A DNA stretch of 64,000 nt. Source: Ranitomeya imitator. Taxonomy: Eukaryota. Shown piece after piece: positions 56,447 to 64,000 of this stretch. Both the position numbers and the translations under genes were made by a program. The notes under the pieces are model-generated. The model was not told the origin of the DNA, did no database searches, and saw only the letters and a list, made by a program, of their open reading frames with translations. The stretch covers positions 131,626,001 through 131,690,000 of the forward strand of contig NC_091290.1 of the NCBI RefSeq assembly GCF_032444005.1. The letters are read 5' to 3'. Position 1 is the first letter of the stretch. The number at the start of each line of letters is the position of its first letter.

Positions 56447-57062
56447 AAAGAAACCAATCAGAATTCTGCTTTCATTTTTGGAAAAGCCTTAGAAAAATGA
56501 GAGATAGAATCTGATTGGTTGCTATGGCCAACTGCAGCAAAGCCCATAGCAACCAATGAGCGGCCCTTCTGCTTTCATTTTCCAAAAGGCTTTCACTAAA
56601 TGAGAGCTGGAATCTGATTGGTTGCTATTGGATAACTGCAGCAAGGCCAATAGTAACCAATGAGCCTTCTGCTTTGATTTTAATTAAAAGGCTTTTGGTA
56701 AATGTGACTTGGAACCTGATTGGTTGCGATAGGCAACTACAGCGCTGTCTCTAGTAACCAATCAGATTCCAGTTCTTATTTAGCAAACGTTTTTTGGTGA
56801 ATGATAGCAGCATTATTATTGGTTGTTATGAGTAATCACGGCGGCTTTACCAGAAGCCATTCCCACTCGTTCTCCTCAGCGGTCAGGATATGCTGGGAGT
56901 TGTAGTCCGAGCACAGCCGTATCTGTACATGGCGTGTAGCCGGGATTTACCTTGTCCGTCGCTGTGTAGTAACCGGCTCATGATGGAGCTGCTACCGACT
57001 GGCGGACAACGTATCACGGTGAGCAGCCTGCAGCACGCCCGCGCCGCTGCAGAGAGTGACAT
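50229..57062 (-). CDS. TK2: Mitochondrial thymidine kinase 2, 254 aa: complement(join 56951..57062, 54998..55029, 54826..54900, 54376..54429, 54012..54101, 53687..53760, 52991..53079, 52727..52806, 51594..51674, 50229..50306)
   Basis: P-loop [51 protein letters not shown]; Arg/Ser/Leu-rich N-terminal targeting peptide; 10 exons totalling 765 nt, in frame. Confidence 0.96.
50368..51243. repeat. ~88-bp satellite-like tandem repeat (~10 units)
   Basis: gaggaggtgagctgtgacatcacctattgtgaat..tcattgtacag units. Confidence 0.95.
51594..51674 (-). CDS. TK2: TK2 exon 9
   Basis: [27 protein letters not shown]. Confidence 0.95.
51777..52105. repeat. 23-bp minisatellite (ctgatccccggccgacttctccc)n
   Basis: About 14 near-perfect units. 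Confidence 0.95.
52727..52806 (-). CDS. TK2: TK2 exon 8
   Basis: [26 protein letters not shown]. Confidence 0.95.
52991..53079 (-). CDS. TK2: TK2 exon 7
   Basis: [29 protein letters not shown]. Confidence 0.95.
53687..53760 (-). CDS. TK2: TK2 exon 6
   Basis: [24 protein letters not shown]. Confidence 0.95.
54012..54101 (-). CDS. TK2: TK2 exon 5
   Basis: [30 protein letters not shown]. Confidence 0.95.
54130..54345. repeat. ~32-bp minisatellite filling TK2 intron 4
   Basis: cggcggtaatataaccggcacagggtatacga units, about 6-7 copies. Confidence 0.9.
54376..54429 (-). CDS. TK2: TK2 exon 4
   Basis: [18 protein letters not shown]. Confidence 0.95.
54826..54900 (-). CDS. TK2: TK2 exon 3 (P-loop)
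   Basis: [25 protein letters not shown]. Confidence 0.95.
54998..55029 (-). CDS. TK2: TK2 exon 2 (32 nt)
   Basis: ttctag acceptor, gtaagt donor. Confidence 0.85.
55837..56390 (-). mobile_element. Second, shorter copy of the same Helitron family, inserted in a (TA)n tract
   Basis: CTAG at 55837-40 plus hairpin, near-identical to the 32660-32700 end (reverse); 5' end cccttagacaattatata; (TA)n on both sides. Confidence 0.8.
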
Positions 57063-57210
57063 GCCCGGCGAGGAGGCCTACACATGGCTGCACACATCCG
57101 GCTTCTCCATAGACCTCGTCACAGCCGGCGGGGAGGAGACGGGACAGCCCGGCCCAGAGTCACTGCCGGTGCATAGTGTGAGGGGGACGGGAGGCCGCCA
57201 TGTGCAATGT
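56850..57210. promoter_or_regulatory. CpG-rich TK2 promoter / first-exon region
   Basis: High CpG density around TK2 exon 1. Confidence 0.6.
56951..57062 (-). CDS. TK2: TK2 exon 1 (targeting peptide [14 protein letters not shown]...)
   Basis: ATG 57062; CAAG|gtaaat donor; phase 1. Confidence 0.85.
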
Positions 57211-58315
57211 GAGACCCCGCTCCATCCACCTCTATGGGGGCAGTAATGTGAGACCCCGCTCCATCCACCTCTATGGGGGCAGTAATGTGTGTGACCCCGC
57301 TCCATCCACCTCTATGGGGGCAGTAATGTGTGACCCCGCTCCGTCCACCTGTATGGGGGCAGTAATGTGTGTGACCCCGCTCCATCCACCTCTATGGGGG
57401 CAGTAATGTGTGACCCCGCTCCATCCACCTCTATGGGGGCAGTAATGTGTGACCCCGCTCCATCCACCTCTATGGGGGCAGTAATGTGAGACCCCGCTCC
57501 ATCCACCTGTATGGGGGCAGTAATGTGTGTGACCCCGCTCCATCCACCTCTATGGGGGCAGTAATGTGTGACCCCACTCCATCCACCTCTATGGGGGCAG
57601 TAATGTGTGACCCCACTCCATCCACCTCTATGGGGGCAGTAATGTGTGACCCCGCTCCATCCACCTCTATGGGGGCAGTAATGTGAGACCCCGCTCCATC
57701 CACCTGTATGGGGGCAGTAATGTGTGTGACCCCGCTCCATCCACCTCTATGGGGGCAGTAATGTGTGACCCCACTCCATCCACCTCTATGGGGGCAGTAA
57801 TGTGTGACCCCACTCCATCCACCTCTATGGGGGCAGTAATGTGTGACCCCGCTCCATCCACCTGTATGGGAGCAGTAATGTGTGACCCCACTCCATCCAC
57901 CTCTATGGGGGCAGTAATGTGTGACCCCGCTCCATCCACCTGTATGGGAGCAGTAATGTGTGACCCCACTCCATCCACCTCTATGGGGGCAGTAATGTGT
58001 GACCCCCACTCCATCCACCTCTATGGGCGCAGTAATGTGTGACCCCGCTCCGTCCACCTCTATGGGCGCAGTAATGTGTGACCCCGCTCCGTCCACCTCT
58101 ATGGTGGCAGTAATGTGTGACTCTGCTCCGTCCACCTCTATGGGGGCAGTAATGTGTGACTCTGCTCCGTCCACCTCTATGGGGGCAGTAATGTGTGACC
58201 CCGCTCTGTCCACATCTATGGGAGCAGTGATGTAATGTGTAACCCCGCTCTGTCCACTTCTATGTGAGCTGTGGTGTAATATGTGACCTCGCTCCATCCA
58301 CTTCTATGGGAGCAC
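57205..58315. repeat. 39-41-bp minisatellite (gtgaccccgctccatccacctctatgggggcagtaatgt)n
   Basis: About 27 tandem units. Confidence 0.95.
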
Positions 58316-58573
58316 ACACAAGTATGCATGCAGCTTTACATAGCAAGGATACAGAATGGTAACAGCCAGAACCAGAGTCCCTTCTTCTTCACATGTAATT
58401 CATAGTTTCGCCACTAGATGTCTCAATAACCAAAAGAATAGTAATCCGGATAACGGTTCTTATTACCAGGCCTGGACACAGTCTCCCTCTACAGGTCAGG
58501 GCTGGGACTGCTGCTCGGAATCTGCAATCTCCTGCACTAAGGCCTGGTGTGCTGCCAGATGGTGCACGCTTAG

Positions 58574-58916
58574 GGTACTTTTACACTAGCGTTTTTTTAA
58601 ATCCGTCACAATGCGTCGTTTTGCAGAAAAAACGCATCCTGCAAAAGTGCTTGCAGGATGCGTTTTTTCACCATAGACTTCTATTGACGACGCATTTGCG
58701 ACGGATTGGCACACTTCGCATTCGTCTTGCGACGGATGCGTCGTGCTTTGGCGGACCGTCGGGAGAAAAAAAACCCTACATGTAACGTTTTTTTCTCCCG
58801 ACGGACCGCTTTTTCCGACTGCGCATGTGCGGCCGGAACTCCGCCCCCACCTCCCCGCACCTCACAATGGGGCAGCGGATTCGCCGGAGAATCCGACGCT
58901 AGTGTGAAAGAAGCCT
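58574..58916. mobile_element. PIF/Harbinger-like MITE, same family as 41745-42139
   Basis: GGGTACTTTTACACTAGCG..GCTAGTGTGAAAGAAGCC termini, TTA flanks, shared internal aaaaaacgcatcctgcaaa. Confidence 0.75.
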
Positions 58917-59299
58917 TAGTGTCCCATAAAAAGCAGGGACCTGTGATTAACACTTCAGGAACCATTCAATGGCATCATTGCTCCTGTAGCCGATGTGCCG
59001 CAGTGACCCATCCTGTAATAATCTAGAACGATCCTCTTCACCCACAACCCTTGTCAGGAAGCTCCTGCTAGAAGCCTCCACAGCCCCGGAGATGAATATT
59101 CCGGGCCCCTCCTCGCCCTCTGTCTGTTCCTCTTTTCTTATTGGCAGCGAAATGAAGTTCGGCTGCAAAATGCTGAGTCCACAACAACGTCAGGAACCAG
59201 AAGTGTGGGCGCTGCTCTCCGGCTTATACGGACTGGTCCGGCCGGGTCACATTGGACCCATGTGGTTCAGATGTTTCTTTTTTCTGGAATGGAATCTTA

Positions 59300-59992
59300 G
59301 GGCTTGTTTCCACTTGCGAGGAAAATGGATGAGTGCAATCCGATAAAAAATCGGATTGCACTCGGACCAATGTTATTCAATAGGTGACATTCCATTTGCG
59401 ATTTTTTTTCTCATCCGAAATCGGACTGAGAAAAATCTGTGTCGGCTGAGAAAAAAATCGCAGCATGCTGCGTATTGCTGCGATTCTCGGACGAGACTCG
59501 CCAATGCAAGTCAATGGGTGCGAGAAGAAAAACGCACAGCACTCGCACCATCCATACTCCATCCGTTTTTTATGGATACCTTACCATTCTGTGGCACAGA
59601 ACACTGTAAATAGTCCTGTAAATGACTGTATAGAAATAGTTGCAGAGAAAAAAAACGGATTGCATACGGATGTAAAACGGATGGTGCGATTAAAAAATCG
59701 CATTGAACTCGCATCACAAACGCATACTTTTCATCCGTTTTTTCGGTCCAGATTACAGACCGATTTGTCTATCACAAGTGGAAATGAGCCCTAAGGACTT
59801 GTTTTCACTTGCGAGGAACACGTCCGTGTCTCTCATGTGGAAACGAAGCTCTGGCGCCGGCACTGTGGAGCGGAGCGTGCGGCTCCATGTGTTCCTATGC
59901 GGCCGCACGCTCCGCTCCGGAGTGCCGGCGCCAGAGCTTTGTTTCCACATGAGAGACACGGACGTGTTCCTCGCAAGTGAAAACAAGCCCTT
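59300..59992. mobile_element. Two adjacent palindromic Harbinger-like MITEs (~59300-59790 and ~59794-59990)
   Basis: GGGCTTGTTTCCACTTGCG..CAAGTGGAAATGAGCCC, then TAA, then GGACTTGTTTTCACTTGCGAGG..CCTCGCAAGTGAAAACAAGCCC. Confidence 0.75.
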
Positions 59993-60488
59993 ATACGGAT
60001 CATCGTCCGATCTTTACGGACACCTAAGAAGCCGCGTCCGGTTTTCTCCGTCTGATGTTCCGTCAATGTAGAAATCCAGGTGGACGTCACATATTTTTTT
60101 TCCAGTAATCATCTCTTCAATTCTTCAAGCTTTTGTGTTTGGGGGAAAAAAATGTTCCCTGGATGGAAGGAGAGCAGAATAGTGAAGTGTCACCGAACAG
60201 CAGATATCTGTCTATTTATTGCCATAAATCCCCCCAGTGACTGAACAGAGGGCTCCAGTCCTGCAATGCTAGCTGGTACTGTCCCCCCCAGCTTTCCCAG
60301 ACTCCTGCACGGCAGCTGTAGGGCCCCTGTGTGACCGGGGTGCGCACAGGATGTGGCTCCGGCAGTGCGGGGGTTAAGGCCGCTCACACTCAGGCACTTC
60401 TTTCTTTTGCACATTTCCGCATTGTCAGTTTCCGCTCCCCCCCCCTCTCCCCTTCCCAAAAAGACAAAACTCCTGCCCCGCACACAGC

Positions 60489-60596
60489 ATGGACGAGCCG
60501 GAGCGTGCAGAGCCCCCCGCAGCCGCCCGGAGCCCCCTCATCCCCGGCAGGGAGTTCCTGGCATCACGGAAGGGACAACTGCTGCTGGGGGAGTGG
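60489..60596 (+). CDS. CMTM3: First coding exon of a CMTM3-like MARVEL-domain protein (rest of gene beyond or not found in the window)
   Basis: MDEPERAEPPAAARSPLIPGREFLASRKGQLLLGEW|gtgagt resembles human CMTM3 LLPARAFLCSLKGRLLLAES|; CpG-rich context; synteny with TK2. Confidence 0.8.
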
Positions 60597-60614
60597 GTGA
60601 GTGCAGGACCCCCA

Positions 60615-61465
60615 GCATCATCCATCATAATAATCACCCCATTATCATCATCCATCATGATAACCACCCCCATCATCATCATCCATCATCACCCCCCTCA
60701 TCATCATTATCATCCTCTCTCATCATCATCATTCCCCATCATCATCATCCACCCTCAGCATCATCATCCATCATAATAATCACCCCCATCATCTCCCTTA
60801 TCATCATCATCCTCTCTCATCATCATTCCCCATCATCATCATCCACCCTCAGCATCACCCCTCATCATCATCATCCATCATAATAATCACCCCCATCATC
60901 CCCCTTATCATCATCATCCTCTCTCATCATCATCCTCCCTCATTATCATCATCATCCACCCTCATCACCCCTCATCATCATCATTCCCCATCATCATCCA
61001 CCCTCATCATGCATCATCACCCCCTCATCATCATCCTCTTTCATCATCATCATTCCCCATCATCATCATCCACCCTCAGCATCACCCCTCATCATCATCA
61101 TCCATCATAATAATCACCCCCATCTTCCATCATCATCCCCCTTATCATCATCAACCCCCTCATCATCATCATTCCCCATCATCATCCACCCTCATCATCA
61201 TCATCATAATCATCCACCCTCAGCATCACCCCTCATCATCATCCATCATAATAATCACCCCCATCTTCCATCATCATCCCCCTTATCATCATCAACCCCC
61301 TCATCATCATCATCCTCCCTCATTATCATCATCCACCCTCATCATCCACCCTCAGCATCACCCCTCATCATTATGATTATCATTCCCCTCATCATCATCT
61401 CCCTCATTATAATTATCATCACCCCTCTCATCACCATCATCATTCTCCCTCATCACATCATCATC
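60615..61465. repeat. (CAT)n-derived low-complexity repeat
   Basis: CATCATC/CACCC units. Confidence 0.9.
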
Positions 61466-62069
61466 CTGCCACCTCTGCGCACTGCCACCTACCCCTGTTG
61501 CCCAGTGCAGGCTGCTGCAGTTATGGATGATGATGGGTGATGAAGCTTCCATTACTTTATGTGTATTTTGCCCCAACCTGAGGCCTTTCCCACAGTCTCC
61601 TAATGATGTGTTACTTATTGCTGCCCATCATTCATATTGTGCCTTGCGGCCTCCTGGATCTGTGTGTGCGGACCCCTAATGTGGCATCTTGTGTTCTCAT
61701 TGTACAGGGGGCACTGGTACAGGGTCCGCGTGGCTTCAGGGGGAGTATTTTTTTTTATGTTTTGATCCACTTGCCTCCAAAAGCAAAAAAAAAAAAACCC
61801 TCAGTGTGAACCTGTCCTAATTGGGAATTGAGAGCGATTTTGTGAATAACTGCAGGAAAATAAGCAGCTCCTGCTTCACGAAAACCAGCCACACCAAGAA
61901 ACATCGAGAAACATTGCTCCATGGGAAATCCAATTCTAACACAGACGGCATATGTACCCAAAATCCGCTCATCAGCCTCTTTACACGGCCATTTCTCACA
62001 TTTGTTTTCTGTGTTTTTCCTGCTTGGCTTTTTTTTTTTTTTCGCTGTCCGATTCTCCTCCCAAAAATG

Positions 62070-64000
62070 GGGACTCATCCTGCATATAGGAGGCTATGTG
62101 GGGGCTCATCCTGCATATAGGAGGCTATGTGGGGGCTCATCCTGCATATTGGAGGCTATGTGGGGGCTGATCCTGCATATTGGAGGCTATGTGGGGGCTC
62201 ATCCTGTGTATAGGAGGCTATGTGGGGGCTCATCCTGTATATTGGAGGCTATGTGGGGGCACATCCTGTATATAAGAGGCTATGTGGGGGCTCATCCTGC
62301 ATATTGGAGGCTATGTGGGGGCTCATCCTGTGTATAGGAGGCTATGTGGGGGCTCATACTGTATATTGGAGGCTATGTGGAGGCTCATCCTGTGTATAGG
62401 AGGCTATGTGGGGGCTCATCCTGTATATTGGAGGCTATGTGGGGGCTCATGCTGTATATTGGAGGCTATGTGGGGGCTTATCCTGTATATTGGAGGCTAT
62501 GTGGGGGCTCATGCTGTATATTGGAGGCTATGTGGGGGCTCATGCTGTATATTGGAGGCTATGTGGGGGCTCATGCTGTATATTGAAGGCTATGTGGGGG
62601 CTCATGTTGTATATAGGAGGCTATGTGGGAACTAACACTGTGTATAGGAGGCTATGTGGGGGCTCATCCTGTGTATAGGAGGCTATGTGGGGGCTCATAC
62701 TGTATATTGGAGGCTATGTGGGGGCTCATGCTGTATATTGAAGGCTATGTGGGGGCACATGCTGTATATAGGAGGCTATGTGGGGGCTCATCCTGTATAT
62801 TGGAGGCTATGTGGGGGCTCATGCTGTATATTGGAGGCTATCTGGGGGCTCATGTTGTATATAGGAGGCTATGTGGGGCTCATCCTGTGTATAGGAGGCT
62901 ATGTGGGGGCTCATACTGTATATTGGAGGCTATGTGGGGGCTTGTCCTGTGTATGGGAGGCTATGTGGGGGCTCATCCTGTATATTGGAGGCTATGTGGG
63001 GGCTCATACTGTATATTGGAGGCTATGTGGGGGCTCATGCTGTATATTGGAGGCTATGTGGGGGCTCATCCTGTATATTGGAGGCAATGTGGGGGCTCAT
63101 GCTGTATATTGAAGGCTATGTGGGGGCTCATGCTGTATATTGAAGGCTATGTAGGGGTTAAAACTGTATATTGGAGGCTATGTGGAGGCTCATGCTGTAT
63201 ATAGGAGGATATGTGGGGGCACATGCTGTATATAGGAGGCTATGTGGGGGCTAAAACTGCATATTGGAGGCTATGTGGAGGCTCATGCTGTATATAGGAG
63301 GCTATGTGGGGGCACATGCTGTATATAGGAGGCTATGTGGGGGCTCATCCTGTATATTGGAGGCTATGTGGGGGCTCATGCTGTATATTGAAGGCTATGT
63401 GGGGGCTCATGCTGTATATTGAAGGCTATGTGGGGGCTAAAACTGTATATTGGAGGCTATATGGGGGCTCATCCTTTATATTGGAGGCTATGTGGGGGCT
63501 CATGCTGTATATAGGAGGCTATGTGGGGGCTCATCCTGTATATTGAAGGCTATGTGGGGGTTCATGCTGTATATTGGAGGCTATGTGGGGGCTCATGCTG
63601 TATATTGGAGGCTATGTGGGGGCTTATCCTGTATATTGGAGGCTATGTGGGGGCTCATGCTGTATATTGGAGGCTATGTGGGGGCTCATGCTGTATATTG
63701 GAGGCTATGTGGGGGCTTATCCTGTATATTGGAGGCTATGTGGGGGCTCATGCTGTATATTGAAGGCTATGTGGGGGCTCATGTTGTATATAGGAGGCTA
63801 TGTGGGAACTAACACTGTGTATAGGAGGCTATGTGGGGGCTCATCCTGTGTATAGGAGGCTATGTGGGGGCTCATACTGTATATTGGAGGCTATGTGGGG
63901 GCTCATGCTGTATATTGAAGGCTATGTGGGGGCACATGCTGTATATAGGAGGCTATGTGGGGGCTCATCCTGTATATTGGAGGCTATGTGGGGGCTCATG
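62070..64000. repeat. ~31-bp minisatellite (ggaggctatgtgggggctcatcctgtatatt)n running to the window end
   Basis: More than 60 tandem units. Confidence 0.95.

Noticed and set aside
57078-58297. HYCPHRGGWSGV / TAPIEVDG repeat ORFs
   Set aside because: Translations of a 39-41-bp minisatellite.
60353-61465. His-rich ORFs as a histidine-rich protein
   Set aside because: (CAT)n-derived intronic repeat downstream of the strong GTGAGT donor at 60597.
61921-63855. GGY/WGL repeat ORFs resembling keratin-associated or eggshell proteins
   Set aside because: All three frames are similarly open translations of a 31-bp minisatellite; the same family occurs non-coding at 30085 and 35750.

Overview
Vertebrate genomic DNA, most likely an anuran (frog); the taxon is inferred from the repeat families. 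All exons below were read by hand, have GT-AG junctions and keep frame across them. The window holds the conserved block CDH5 (last 8 coding exons, +), BEAN1 (4 coding exons, 218 aa, +), a two-exon SPATA2-family PUB-domain gene (512 aa, +), TK2 (10 exons, 254 aa, -) and the first exon of a CMTM3-like gene (+). Introns and intergenic DNA are dense with transposons and minisatellites, and there are two N gaps. Most interesting: (1) an apparently intact piggyBac with perfect 17-bp TIRs, TTAA TSD and a 591-aa transposase resembling insect piggyBacs, in BEAN1 intron 3; (2) a tRNA-Ser-primed LTR element nested in a Tc1, whose only internal ORF ends in a cold-shock-domain-like motif; (3) the SPATA2-like gene, which lacks the PHD finger and ends in a LIR-like motif; (4) two minisatellites that grew out of Tc1 transposase coding sequence; (5) decayed hammerhead-ribozyme-like motifs in an inverted, Penelope-like array. 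No prokaryotic features or CRISPR arrays are present. Family assignments rest on remembered sequences; no database searches were run.
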